From: Phoronis australis
Taxonomy: Eukaryota > Animalia > Phoronida
Direction: 5' to 3'
NCBI GenBank assembly: GCA_002633005.1
Contig: NMRA01000177.1
Location: forward strand, 263,942-327,941
Length of the DNA stretch: 64,000 bases
A program made the translations under genes and the position numbers. The notes beneath the pieces were generated by a model. It saw nothing but the letters and a program-made list of their open reading frames with translations, ran no database searches and was not told where the DNA came from. Below, one piece after another: positions 25,301 through 35,967 of this stretch (the first letter of the stretch is position 1; every line of letters starts with the position of its first letter).

Positions 25301-28300
25301 GTAATGTGACGGTAGGCATTTGGATTGGAATTTTTGTCTCTTCGTTTTATTTTAAATCCCTGCCTTTATCTTTTCTGTCCATCTGTAGACTGGACTCAAT
25401 CATTGACCGCTACAAACGGGAGCAGATCTTCAATGGATGTACACTGGGCGAGCCAGTCTTCAGGGTATGTAGTACGACACCCAAACATGTCAAGCCGTTT
25501 TAAATCTGTTGTTGTTTTTATTAATATATGCTGCAACTTGCTATCATGGAGTAGATTTTTTTCTGAAAATGTTGTTGGAAATCTTCTGTAGAAAGAGGAA
25601 ATCCGCATTTTTGGAAGTACACTTGGTGTGGGAGGGAGGTGTCCAGTAGGTGCTTGCCGTTCACATGACAGTCACTATCCTAATTTGGGGCTCATCGTCT
25701 CCCGAGTCAAGCGAAAATTTAGAGGGTTACAGAATTGGTATCCTGATATTACAGGGAAGATGGTGAACCACTATACCACCACCTCAAACTCAGTTGTCCC
25801 TACCGACATTTATCAAATACCAGCTGAAAATGGGAAGTGAATGCACTTTTATAAGTTTTTAAGGGTTTCCAAACTGAACATTATCTTCAAGTCACGTGGC
25901 CGTAGTAAAAGATCTTTCAATATAGAAATCGAGTTTAGTCGCACTTTACTTCACCTGACATTTATCAATACACCTATTCCTCTATTCAATAAGAATTTAA
26001 GTCATATGTCCATCCATCCATACACATTCTATTTCTTCACTATCATGACTCGGTATGACTCACCGCTCTTGGGACTCATTCTAGCCTCGACATGACTTCC
26101 CATTGGAAGATGAGCCTGACCATGAGAAGAACAGAGTCATCTATGCCACAATGCAGCAGTCGAGTGGCTCAGACTTCATGAGGCTGCGCAGTGATAACAT
26201 CACAATCAAGGGCTACCTGAGCAAGAAAAGTAGGTGTCTCTGGTGATGCCGAGTTTTGCTCTTTAGTTTAGTTCTATGAAGCTATGAAGAAATTTCGCCG
26301 TAAAATCCATCCTTTCTATTGATTGTGATGCTAATTATGCGCATAGATACTGTGTTAAGCTTAACGAATTTTTTGCGCATTTGTTTTAAAGCTGTAATTA
26401 GTTTGAGTGTGCGACTGTGTCACGTCTAGGCAATGGGAATCACTTGTTGACCTTCTACAGTTTACATCAAGAGTGAGTGGGCAAAATGTGTTGTGATGAC
26501 CTAGCGCAGTGAGTGTTTGACTGCTATGTGCAAGCGTAATTCACAGTCAGAGTAGCTTGTATGACTGGTCATTACCCAGGGGGAAATGGAGTTTTGTGCG
26601 ATTCTTTTTGGCATGAGCTGTAGTTTTCAAGCCTCCTTTTCTGAATCTGTTCATTTCAAAGTAGCTCCGAAATACATTTTAGCACTCTGGGGTCTGACAG
26701 TACAAGCTTTGGATGTTTACTTCTCCTGTTTTAATTGTGCACAGGTGAGAAGACCAAGAGGTGGAAGACAATGTATTTCATGTTAAATGGTACTGAGACG
26801 CAGCTGCTGTACTTTGAGGATGTGAAGAGATCCAAACCTAAGGGCCTGGTTGACCTCAGCTACAGCGCCCTCTACCCTGTACATGACAGTTTCTTTAACA
26901 GGTAAAGCAGTTGGTCGTTATTTTGCATAGTGTTTAGTTTGTAGATCGTCTGCTGTCACACTTATCTTGACATAAATTACTACGTTGGCAATAGCAATGT
27001 GAAAACTTGAAAATTAACATCATTACTTTTGTATTTGCTAAACGTGCTGTGTGCGCATGATAGTTTGTCATGTGTCACCAGTCTGCATGGTCCAATTGGG
27101 TCGTGTGACTGTCGTATGAGACAGCAGGACCATGTAAAGAGAGGGCTTTTACGTTATGTAGAACATTGTTGACACGTCTTGTGCGTTTAACAAAATAGCG
27201 TCAAGACTATAAATTTTTTCTCAGCAGAAGTATGATGTGGAAAGCCTGCAGAATTTGGTTGTTGACTTTTTACTAATCTGCCATTAATTGGGTCGCGCGA
27301 CTATGTCTTTTTTAAATTAGTAAAGTTTAGCAGAAAAGAAAGGTACATTGATACCAAAAGAAAGGTATCGATAACGTGGTCAAATTTTACTTACTATAAA
27401 TGTTCGAGATGAGATCTCAAAAGCGCCGTTACAGTTTTCTAAAATATCACTTCGTTTTAAGTGGCTTGAGATTTTTTTCGCGGAAATCACGAAAGTCCTA
27501 GATTTTGATTANCCCCCCTGCAAAAGTGGATGGCGTCAAAACAATTCTTTACAGGTTATTGGAGGAAAGTGTATAAAGCATGCATAGTGGTATGTAAGCG
27601 CTTCCCCTGTCTAGTCGGCCATTTCTGAGATAAGTGAGCGGAATTTGGACATTTTTGTAGAGTCATGCATGCCGGGAATTTCCATAGATAAGCTCATGGG
27701 CGTGTATTTGGAAAATGAAAAACTTCAGGCGTTTTAGGAACACCAAATAAACGCCCGGGTGTTTCATCGGATGGGCTTATCTACGGAAAATCCTGGTAAC
27801 CTTATGAAGCACAGTAGGACGGAATGTGATGTTGTCATGTTTGTTGTCATCGGTACTTGTGCACTTATCACTCGTGAAACTTGACGACCTTGTACTTTAT
27901 ATCTAGGCCATACTGCTTTCAACTGGCTGTCAAGGCACTGGGACACTTCCAGGTCTTCTACTTAAGCGCTGAAGATGCAGACTCAATGCAGGTATGATTG
28001 CTAGTAAGTTGCCTCGTCCTCTCCAATGAACAATAATTGGGATATACAGAAGTACAGGTGAACTGCATTTGAACGAATCCTCTCTAGTGGTGTTTCCAAA
28101 ATGTTTGCTGCTACTGATGATGGTTGACAACGATGTGTGCATTTCACTGCATTGGTATGTATAGAGTGAAATATTACAAGTGAGCGAACATTATAAATTT
28201 GACACATATACTTGGGATTTCTGAACCAGAAAAAGTTCCTGTGCAGACTGTTTTGAAAGCAAGGTTCAGAAAGGCCTCACACGGGCTCAGTCTGCATTGT

Positions 28301-31300
28301 TATGCATGTCTGGTACGTGTGGACAATCTGGCCAAGATGTCAATATTTTAATCTTTGATAGTAGCGGTAAAATATTTCAAGTTGATCACTTGTTAACAGA
28401 AATATCGTGAGACTTCTGTTATAATAACCAGGCTGGCGACAAAGTGAAGTCTTTCTCTTTATAACCTACCATAAAATGTCATTGCGGAACATGGGTGCTG
28501 CAAGCGGCATTACAAGTTTTTGAAAGAGCCCCAGCACTTTTTGTGAAGAGCCTTCTGTTGGCTCTTTTTGGAAGCATAGGCACTTCTGTTTGACTATAGC
28601 TCAAACATTAGATGTAATGACTGTGAAATGACATTTCTGTATCAAAAATCATCTTTGTTCAAAGGCTGCTATTGACCTGGTGCATATTTTGTAATTAATC
28701 TGAAGTAGGAACAGTCATGTAGTTGTTACTGTATATTCCAATTTTGACCAGAAGTGAAAGGGCAAAGTTAACATCCCTCAGAGTGACCCCAGGCATGTTT
28801 TAGGTCAACGCCTGTTGTTGATTTTAGCCCAAGCGCACACTATGTCTCCTTTCAGGAGTGGATCAATCATCTCAAGGTGTTCTGCACTAACACCCAGCCC
28901 AAGCGCCAGAGACACAAGTCCGGCTGCCTGCTCAAGGAGCTGAATAGCTTCAACTTGAGTGTGCTGGATGCACGCAAACTGCCGTCCAAGCACATACCAC
29001 ATGCTTACTGCGTAATATCAATCAATGATATCCAGGTAACGGGTCTAGCGCAGTCCGTGTTTAGTTAGGGGGTGTTTTCTTGTAATGCGCCTGTACAAGT
29101 TCCAAAAAGGCACCGCGTTGGATCTGAATGAGAATTATGTGAGATCCTGACGTTTCAGACTGATCTGAGAAAATCTGTGTGATGGTAATTTTGGAGACAT
29201 TTTACTGTAGTTATCATAATAAAGGAGGACATGACTGTGATGTTAGTGTTATCTGTGCAAACTAATACTACTAATAATGATAATAACAACAATTTTTACT
29301 AGAATTGTACTAATCATTGTTATGTATGCAAACACTAAAATAAATGATAATAATGATAATGATGATGACAATAATGATAATGATTTTAATAATAATAATT
29401 GTAATAATACTAGTAATAATACTAGTAATAATACTAGTAATAGTAATAATAATAATAATAATTGCAACAATTTTTACTGTATAGTTGCCCTGAATTTCTA
29501 GTCTAAATAATCATTTTGACATTTGAATGAGTGTAAAGAATAACTGAAATTTACTGTGAGAGCATGCCTCTTCAATGATGCAGTAGTTTAATTAGAAATA
29601 TTAATAGTTCTGGTTATAGCAATTGATGAGTTATCTTATCCTAATCGTTGGCAGGTGGCGCGGACCCAGGTAAAGGACACGCCCGACCCTGTCTGGGAGG
29701 AGGACTTCCTGTTGGAGTAAGTGGACACACAATGCGTCACTCAGTTGGAACACATGGCCTGTCATTAAATGCTTAACTCGTCTCGAACAAGTGGTCACAC
29801 ACTTCTTTGAGTATTCGCTCATCAGAAAGTCTTAGCCTTTCGCCACTTCAGGGAGTTGTTGTTTTTCGTCAATAGTCCTTAAGCAAAACATCTTTTTCTT
29901 TTTAGAAAAATTGCAAAATGATCATTCATTGTGAAATGCATTTGGAAGTCCAGTGTTTTTGTTTGATGTCTAAGATTAGGGGACAGATGTTGAAGAAAGG
30001 CGATTATTGTCTTCACAGTGCAACATGCTTTTATTGCCTCTGACTAAAATAAACCATGGTGGTTGACTGAGTAATTGTGAAGATTGAGTTAATGTGAATT
30101 TTAGAAGCACTTGGGCTGTCGTGTTTTGTGTCATCCGTCTTCCTCGTTTTACAGGGACTTGTCGAGTGACATAGACAAGGTCGTATTAACGTTTTATAAC
30201 AAAACCAAGCGGTCAAGAGATCCAGAGTTATGTAAGTATAACATAATAGTGGATCAGTTGAAGAGTGCTTGCACTGCAAAGAGCTATCCTTTGTACATGC
30301 ACAAATCTTAAACTTGTCATTTTTATTCTTTTGATTTTAATAGGTATTACACAAGACCTCTGCCGCATTGTGCTAGTTATTAAACTAAACTGGCTCCTAA
30401 GTTCTGCTCAAGTGTTTTGTACCCTGGCACAACCAGCCAGTCGCATGGGCCTAGGTACATGCATTCACAGAACAAGCGCTGTAACCATCCTTGTTAATAC
30501 CCTTTCAGTGCAGTACACGCTGCATTTTGATGATCTGACTGTTGGACAAGAGATTGAGGAGTGGGTACAACTCAACCCTCTCCTACAGACCATCAAAGGG
30601 GACGTTGGCAGCGTGCGACTAAAGGCCAAGTTCATGCAGGAGGTCATTATGCCTCTCCAGGAGTACACAGGACTAAAACAGGTTGGTCGCGAATCTGTGC
30701 AATTCCACCCTGGTGAGTCCAGTATCGCTGTCCGTAAGCCTGTCTGCGTTGCTTGAAAACCGCACTATTTTTGCTTGTGCTTTGCGTCTGGTCTGCAGTT
30801 TTTCAGCCTCGGCGTGGTGTTTCACTTTGTCAACGTGTTAGTAGGTGTGTCCTGTTCAGTTTTGCACATCATAGGATCAATGTAATACTTGATCTGTGCG
30901 ATCTTAATTTGTATTAGTTTCAACTTCGTCTGTTCGTAGACTTGTCATTAAGATGCTTCAATTTTGGATTAAAATCATTGCTAAAATTGACATTTAACAG
31001 TGTGTTAGGATAAGAAGACTTTTGACTGTGCTTAACAGGAACTTACTTAGTTTTGCCGTTTGACCTTCTACAGGTGATTATGGCCAAAGACCTGTCGGCT
31101 GTAGGGGCTCTTGGCACCCTGTGTGGCAGTGAACGCATCCCACTGGCGCAAGCTCTTCTCAGGATATTCAGGCAGGAACACCAGGAGGCACTTCTGTTAA
31201 CCACCCTTAACGAACTCGAAATATTGAAAGAGGGTTAGTGGAGCACGCAATTTTTTAGAGCTGCAACAAACCTGTCTTCCGTCAAAAAGTACTTTTCATT

Positions 31301-34300
31301 AACGTAACTGACAAATTTGAAATTGGTCTCGACTTTTCCTATACTCAAATTAGAGGTGATTTCAGGGCTCAAAGAGTTGACGATTCATAACTGCTTACAG
31401 CCAGCCTTGACAAGCTTGCTTATTGCTGTAGGTAACTCTGTGCTATAAACACGGTTTCAAGTAATAATGAGCAGTCACTTCTTTTCCAGTCCCTTACTCC
31501 ACTTTTCCTCTGACTTATCACCAAACTGAGAGCAGTTTTGTCGTGATTAGTGAACAAAATCAAAAGTTCTTTGTAAAGGAACACGGTTATAGCAGATTTG
31601 GAAAGTTGACAATATCTTGTTAGGTCAAAAGTCTAGTGAAAATCAAAAAATATAAAACATATTTGGATTTTGAAAATAAAAAAGCTTCCATTTTGAAATT
31701 TAAAGTGTGAATCCAATAAAACTACACCGTCAGGTTTGAGTCAGTATCTCAGGTATTTGGTGCAACATCATCTCCAGTGAATGCTGTTCAATTTAACACG
31801 CTAGGTGGCGTACATGTGTGGTACTTTATTTTATCGAGCTCCTCAACAAAATGAGACGTTTAGAAAAACTTGTCGAGTTCATCTTTAGTGTGGTTTGTTC
31901 TGGACAGCTATTGTAAAACAAAAGGTTGGTAAAATTTTGAGGCATTTTAACAAAAAATCAACTGCTATACAATCTTATGGGGAAAAATGCAATTTTTGAC
32001 CATTATTCTGTCTGTAATTGAAGAGATTACTGTTTCAGGTTAACCACTCATTGTAGTTGTGTTATAAATTTGTGAGTTATTTTGTGAGTTTAAGTAAGAG
32101 TTATTAGCCTTCATACACGCCATATGTTGATCACATCATGTTACCTATAGTTAAGTCTGAAAAGGCCTCTTGCACCCGGTACTTTCTGCTAACCGTGCAG
32201 ACGTATGAAGACTTGTAATTCTTACTTAAACATTCATCATGTTACCACAGAGTCAGCGTCGCAGTTATTCCGTGCCACAAGTCTGGCCACTACCTTGATG
32301 GACCAGTACATGAAGATGACGTCGGCTGAGTTTGTTCACAAGGCGCTCTCAGACCCTGTGTTACGTATAGTCGAATCAAAACAGTGCTGCGAGGTAGGTT
32401 AATTGTTGCATGTGAACGCATCTGTGTGGTAATGAATGTCAACTGACTTTACTAATTCAGAGTTTGAGAATTTCTTGTAAAAGCAGTCAATATGGATTGG
32501 CAGTTCATTGGTTGTTATGAAAGCTTAATATTTAGTTCAATATCAAACCTATGCATAGCCTCGTGTGACCAACGGAGCATAGTTCATTGTTTGCTGTTCC
32601 CTTCTTATCAGTTTTCCGACATGTTTTTCATGTTTCACCCACGAAGCCAAAAATATGCCATCACTTTTCAAGTGGCGTACCCGTGTCTATTTGCTAACCA
32701 GCTATTGGCAGTGTAACAACAATGGTGACGGTAACTTAATTAATAATTTATACTCTACCATTGGACCATACAGTTAGGTAAGACACACCTTGGACTCTGC
32801 GGAAATCTTTTAATTGATTAACGTGAATGGCTTTCGTATTTTTTATGAAAATGGTTTTAGTTCGGCTAGCTGACAACAGAATTCGCTGTTCCCAGGCATC
32901 CGTAACTCGACAGTTTTGCAAAGTCTGACGTTGGACTTTTGCCGTTTTCGTTCTAGCTCAATCCAGCCATGTTGGGTAATCCTGCTGATGTTGAAATAAA
33001 CAAAGCCCACCTGCTTAGCCTTCTCAGTGATGTTACAGAGTCCATATTTAATTCAACAGGCTATTGTCCTATGTAAGTATGACATGCAATTCAACAGGCT
33101 ATTGTCCTATGTAAGTATGACGTGTAATTCAACGGGCTATTGTCCTATGTAAGTATGACATGTAATTCAACGAGCTATTGTCCTATGTAAGTATGACCCA
33201 TGAATTTTTGATTCTTTCATTAGTTTGCATTGAGCATGTTTCACACGGTCACATGGTTTGCTTTGTAAATGTATTGCATACATGGGAAGTGGCTCGTCAT
33301 TATATGGCTGAGCCAGCTTCTTGGTTTCAATGTAAATTATGATAATAAGGCAGCTTCTATTAAGCGGGTTTCATTTTCTTGGTGGTCTTAACCACTCTTA
33401 AAAGCTAATAATGCTAAGTGGAGAGTCTCAAAAGAAGACAGGTAAACAGAAATCGACTGAACCCCCCCCTTATGCTAAGATCTGACAAGGCAAATGAATT
33501 TAAGATGAACTAGGTTAGTTTATAAAAAGCAGAAAAGCAAGGTTACACAATGCCATGCTGCGGGTGAGAATCAGTATTGTTGATTTTTAACAAGAGTGTC
33601 TGGGGATAGGACTATAGATCATTGCATTATTCGGGCTACTTCACATGGATTTAATGGGAAATGTTGCGTTTTTTGGCACTTCATGACAATAACAGGAATG
33701 TTCTAGTATCAGGTATGACGTTAAGTAGCCTGCACTATACTACCATAGCCAGATGTTGCTATGGCAACATTTCAACGACGTTTCTATTACTCTTCTTTTT
33801 TCCACAGGGTGCTACGCTACGTATGTTGGTGCTTACAGAAAAATGTGATGACCAAATGGCCAGACAGTGAGACGGTCAAGACGAGAGTTGTCAGGTAACC
33901 TGGATAAGTTAATACTGAAGTAATCTTTTCAGTTTCGTTTTTATGCAAATTTTGATTTCCTTCAATGGGTTTTCTGTTGTATGGTCATACCGTCAAATTT
34001 CCATCAATGATCAAATAATTCACACAAAAAGTCCAAAGATCGGTCCATCTTTGTATGCTATATCCTACCTGCTGAAGTTGTCATAGTATTGTTGTTAATA
34101 TTATTTATCATCCCTCTACCCCCATCTTCAGTGGATTCCTGTTCTTGCGCCTCCTTTGCCCAGCCATCCTCAATCCCAAGATGTTCAACCTGGTGCAGGA
34201 GATACCTGCCGTGGCCCAGCGCTCCCTCAAGCTGGTCGCCAAGGCCCTTCAAAACCTTGCTAATCTGGCGGAGTCGAAGGAGCCTTACATGGAGGTTGTC

Positions 34301-35967
34301 AACCCCTTCATCAGGGAACACAAGCAACGCATGATCGACTTCCTTGACAAACTATCGGTAAAGTTGATTTTTTCCTTTAAAAATCCTATTTCTTTGTCTT
34401 GTAAAAAGTGAAGAACTACTTAACATTAACTGTCACATTGGTCTAATTTTAGCCAAGCCAGCGTCCCCGAGACGCTCTGTAGATACCACCAGCCAAGATG
34501 GGGTCTGTCTGATAAGGGCAATTTCCTCTTTTAAACTTGAGTTTGGTCTTGCATTGACCTTAAGTTTTTGCTTGATGTTGCTAAACGTGCTTGACTGCAC
34601 TCCTAGCTCTTGGTCAAGGTTTTGGAATCTAGTGGTAGCTGAACTGTCTACATTGCCTGGAATTTTCCTCTTTAAGATGATTTCCTCTTCTTGGTTTCGA
34701 TCTTCTCTTTTTGGATTTCTAGTTTCCTCTTTTTTGTCTATTTTTATCATTATTTTGACTTTGTATTGATTTCAGTAAAATTTTACAACCCAAAAAATAA
34801 TTTCTATCTCACAAGCCTATTTATTTGTGGAATGATACATCATACGATATTTTTTCCTCTTTTTTTGTCACTGGTCATTTCAAGCCCTTTGTCTAGGATG
34901 AGTTGTGAATGCTCTACCACTTGGGCTCAGTGGCTCCGCCCTCAGATTGTTCTGTTTCTACAGTGGGTGTGTTGTCACTGCCAGCTGTCAATAATGTTAC
35001 ACTGGCTCTCCCACTAGTAGTTATGTCTACAAGGTGTGCTCAGCAAATTTGCTCTGTGGTGTCGCTGCTGTGAGCAATGCAGCTGTGGCTTGGAGTATTG
35101 ATCCTGCTGTTCACAGAATCTACCAGAGTGCATGGTGCTGTCCTTCCCACCTGTCAATAACGTAATGTTGGCTCCGCCTTCTCTGTTTGCAGAATGTGCC
35201 AGAGTGCCCGATGCTTTCACCCCCAGCTGTCAATCATGAGGTGGCCAGAGACCTGGCCAAGATTCACCAGTTCTGTGAGTGCAAGCTGAGTCAACTTCAC
35301 AATCTCACCTCCACACAGGTAAGCGATAGTGTGATGACCAGGTGTAAGGCTCCCTCTACTTCTGACGCTTAGTTTCTTTATTGCAAATTTATTTACTTAT
35401 AATAAAACTTCATATGGTAACGTTTGCATGTGCTGGGTGGGTATTATGTGGTTCTTTTACTTACAAAATTCTGTGCCATGACGGTTATATACCATCCTCT
35501 TTGCCCTTCAGATGAGTAGGATTTTGCCATACTTGGATGAGTACTATATGAGTACTAGATTCCAGCTTTTCTCTTTTTCCGCTTCTCCGTTGGTGAAAAC
35601 CTTAAGCCAGGTGACGTCATCTGTGTTTAATTATCTACGCTTCCATTCAGAAATGAAACAAAATCTTGACCACTTATATGACTATCAAAGGTCCTTGAAT
35701 TCAGTGACAATAGTTGAAGTGGTCATGTGTGATTTGCAATTGGTAAAAGTGTGAAGCACCTGTAATGTTGGGAAATTGATGTTTACTGTTACAGTCCACA
35801 TCTAGTATGTATGCTTGCTCAACATGTCTAATGGCATTGTGTGTGCGTGTTCATCATTTCAGCCAATGCTCAGAGATCTAGTTGTGGTGACAGAAATGGT
35901 GACCAATCACGTTAAACATTACAAAGGAGAGTCACATGGGTCACACAGCGTGAGAGAATTAACGTGA
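5846..35967 (+). CDS. RASA1: Ras GTPase-activating protein 1 (p120 RasGAP), complete 21-exon gene span, 929 aa
   Basis: 21 GT-AG exons (listed below) sum to 2790 nt with consistent phases and no internal stop. Domain order SH2-SH3-SH2-PH-C2-RasGAP; arginine finger LFRATSLA; FLRLLCPAILNP and KALQNLAN motifs. Confidence 0.96.
6440..6886 (-). mobile_element. TRIM (miniature non-autonomous LTR retrotransposon) with tRNA-like sequence in its LTRs
   Basis: TGT...ACA ends; 4-bp TSD GTAG (6436-6439 and 6887-6890); 5' LTR 6735-6886; PBS TGGCGTAGTCGGCA (6719-6732) complementary to the tRNA-Ser 3' end; PPT 6498-6512; deleted 3' LTR 6440-6497; A-box-like and B-box-like motifs in the LTR. Confidence 0.82.
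7240..7900. repeat. Diverged ~160-185-bp repeats, probably a DNA transposon subterminal region
   Basis: An atcatt(t/a)..aa motif recurs at ~7304, 7488, 7671 and 7831 with similar downstream spacing; element ends not resolved. Confidence 0.4.
8101..8215. repeat. 29-bp minisatellite x4, with diverged copies to ~8430
   Basis: aggaggggccaaaccctttcagtgacaga repeated in tandem. Confidence 0.9.
8452..8562 (-). pseudogene. Terminal exon relic encoding a Spindlin (Spin/Ssty)-like Tudor repeat C-half
   Basis: ctgtcag|VLRYLFWFNIHYDEDEAIYSVRMIDDFGQRDFEVLE*; fits the WFxIxYxxDxxxYxxxLxDDYxxGDLxI pattern of Spin/Ssty repeats. Confidence 0.6.
10312..10370. repeat. (AT)n microsatellite
   Basis: About 29 uninterrupted TA units. 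Confidence 0.98.
10726..10870. mobile_element. Left end of the same TA-flanked DNA transposon family
   Basis: ta|ccgtaaacgttcaggttaacgccc is a near-perfect inverted complement (2 mismatches) of gggcgttaacccgaacatttacgg|ta ending at 16937. Confidence 0.75.
13400..14842. mobile_element. Internal and right-end copy 1 of the TA-flanked DNA transposon (left boundary approximate)
   Basis: Colinear similarity with 14860-16937 (e.g. cacatcaaaagagaacagcgacagt, gccaattttcagtcag, aacatgggaagaaaataaa); ends in the TIR. Confidence 0.7.
14860..16937. mobile_element. Internal and right-end copy 2 of the TA-flanked DNA transposon, interrupted by a retroelement fragment
   Basis: Homologous to 13400-14842 on both sides of an insertion at ~15160-16125. 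Confidence 0.7.
15165..16125 (-). mobile_element. 5'-truncated, frameshifted retrotransposon fragment encoding RNase H (probably the 3' end of a non-LTR element)
   Basis: RNase HI motifs ATDGS...GWG, SSTRMEFEAI..AL and FATD, then after a frameshift WSFVPGHAGVLINECADYLA; short (acaggtatt)2 tail at the 3' end. Confidence 0.85.
16992..17729. other. ~368-bp direct duplication across a single N (likely assembly overlap artefact)
   Basis: 16992-17359 is repeated at 17362-17729 with one visible mismatch; N at 17360. Confidence 0.85.
18485..18634 (+). CDS. RASA1: RASA1 exon 2 (N-SH2)
   Basis: WYHGRLDRQTAEDRLRVAGDLSCYLIRESDRKPGSYVLSYYGKTGISHF; acag/gtaagt boundaries. Confidence 0.95.
19145..19280 (+). 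CDS. RASA1: RASA1 exon 3 (N-SH2)
   Basis: ITALCGDFYIGGRQFDSLSDLIGYY...VSPPE; gcag/gtaagg boundaries. Confidence 0.95.
19488..19929. mobile_element. hAT-like MITE
   Basis: Imperfect TIR cagggctcga / tcaagcactg; internal repeat of agtagaaaattg..ctcactc.ta. Confidence 0.45.
20315..20503 (+). CDS. RASA1: RASA1 exon 4 (SH3)
   Basis: PVDDRRKVIATLPYKKIPDTDELSFEKGDVFIVHNDLGDGWFWV...VKDL; ttcag/gtaagt boundaries. Confidence 0.95.
21371..21479 (+). repeat. 52-bp tandem duplication spanning the RASA1 exon 5 acceptor
   Basis: catttact(c/t)accatttgaaccttgtag|gatggtgcttcagtagagagtctac present twice. Confidence 0.92.
21450..21528 (+). CDS. RASA1: RASA1 exon 5 (start of C-SH2)
   Basis: DGASVESLPFYHDSISKNEAAELLTK; tgtag/gtttgt boundaries. 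Only the second of two duplicated acceptors keeps the frame. Confidence 0.85.
22820..22964 (+). CDS. RASA1: RASA1 exon 6 (C-SH2)
   Basis: GPGSFLVRNSDNSPGDYSLFFYCQKTIQRFRIQRKGRQYLMGGRYFD, containing the FLVR motif. Confidence 0.95.
23518..25204 (+). mobile_element. Non-autonomous Kolobok-type DNA transposon with a decayed THAP ORF
   Basis: TTAA TSD (23514-17 and 25205-08); TIR aggagaatgccaccc / gggtggcatgctcct; ORF 23683-23898 MPLCCSA...FFLLPRESEMLRTWL...HLRVC is THAP-like. Confidence 0.8.
25389..25464 (+). CDS. RASA1: RASA1 exon 7
   Basis: LDSIIDRYKREQIFNGCTLGEPVFR; gtag/gtatgt boundaries. Confidence 0.92.
26085..26229 (+). CDS. RASA1: RASA1 exon 8 (linker and PH start)
   Basis: PRHDFPLEDEPDHEKNRVIYATMQQSSGSDFMRLRSDNITIKGYLSKK; ctag/gtaggt boundaries. 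Confidence 0.88.
26745..26901 (+). CDS. RASA1: RASA1 exon 9 (PH)
   Basis: EKTKRWKTMYFMLNGTETQLLYFEDVKRSKPKGLVDLSYSALYPVHDSFFN. Confidence 0.95.
27240..27800. repeat. Dispersed repeat family; related copies at ~36160-36600, ~49000-49270 and ~55880-56180
   Basis: Shared blocks such as gaattt...tgactttttac, gggtc.tgcgac.atg, caaaattttatt and aaagtcc; boundaries approximate. Confidence 0.5.
27907..27991 (+). CDS. RASA1: RASA1 exon 10 (PH)
   Basis: PYCFQLAVKALGHFQVFYLSAEDADSMQ; ctag/gtatga boundaries. Confidence 0.92.
28856..29035 (+). CDS. RASA1: RASA1 exon 11 (PH end and C2 start)
   Basis: EWINHLKVFC...LSVLDARKLPSKHIPHAYCVISINDIQ. Confidence 0.93.
29265..29470. repeat. (AAT)n-rich imperfect microsatellite
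   Basis: Runs of aat, gat and actagtaataat. Confidence 0.9.
29655..29716 (+). CDS. RASA1: RASA1 exon 12 (C2)
   Basis: VARTQVKDTPDPVWEEDFLL, matching the C2 'PvWxEeF' motif. Confidence 0.92.
30155..30231 (+). CDS. RASA1: RASA1 exon 13 (C2)
   Basis: DLSSDIDKVVLTFYNKTKRSRDPEL; acag/gtaagt boundaries. Confidence 0.92.
30509..30681 (+). CDS. RASA1: RASA1 exon 14 (C2 end)
   Basis: QYTLHFDDLTVGQEIEEWVQL...GSVRLKAKFMQEVIMPLQEYTGLKQ. Confidence 0.93.
31074..31233 (+). CDS. RASA1: RASA1 exon 15 (RasGAP)
   Basis: VIMAKDLSAVGALGTLCGSERIPLAQALLRIFRQEHQEALLLTTLNELEILKE. Confidence 0.94.
32251..32393 (+). CDS. RASA1: RASA1 exon 16 (RasGAP arginine finger)
   Basis: SASQLFRATSLATTLMDQYMK...SKQCCE. Confidence 0.96.
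32957..33072 (+). CDS. RASA1: RASA1 exon 17 (RasGAP)
   Basis: LNPAMLGNPADVEINKAHLLSLLSDVTESIFNSTGYCP; uses the first of four duplicated donors. Confidence 0.92.
33050..33197 (+). repeat. 38-bp tandem repeat x4 spanning the RASA1 exon 17 donor
   Basis: aattcaacaggctattgtcctat|gtaagtatgacatgc units starting at 33050, 33088, 33126 and 33164. Confidence 0.93.
33808..33894 (+). CDS. RASA1: RASA1 exon 18 (RasGAP)
   Basis: VLRYVCWCLQKNVMTKWPDSETVKTRVV. Confidence 0.94.
34132..34357 (+). CDS. RASA1: RASA1 exon 19 (RasGAP signature)
   Basis: GFLFLRLLCPAILNPKMFN...KALQNLANLAESKEPYMEVVNPFIREHKQRMIDFLDKLS. Confidence 0.96.
35193..35318 (+). CDS. RASA1: RASA1 exon 20
   Basis: NVPECPMLSPPAVNHEVARDLAKIHQFCECKLSQLHNLTSTQ; tgcag/gtaagc boundaries. 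Confidence 0.9.
35863..35967 (+). CDS. RASA1: RASA1 exon 21 (terminal coding exon)
   Basis: ttcag|PMLRDLVVVTEMVTNHVKHYKGESHGSHSVRELT*; resembles the p120GAP C-terminal helix. Confidence 0.85.
   Translation, partial: PMLRDLVVVTEMVTNHVKHYKGESHGSHSVRELT

Noticed and set aside
29249-29501. Poly-Leu and poly-Asn ORFs (also 44603-44839)
   Set aside because: Translation of AAT/TTA microsatellites.
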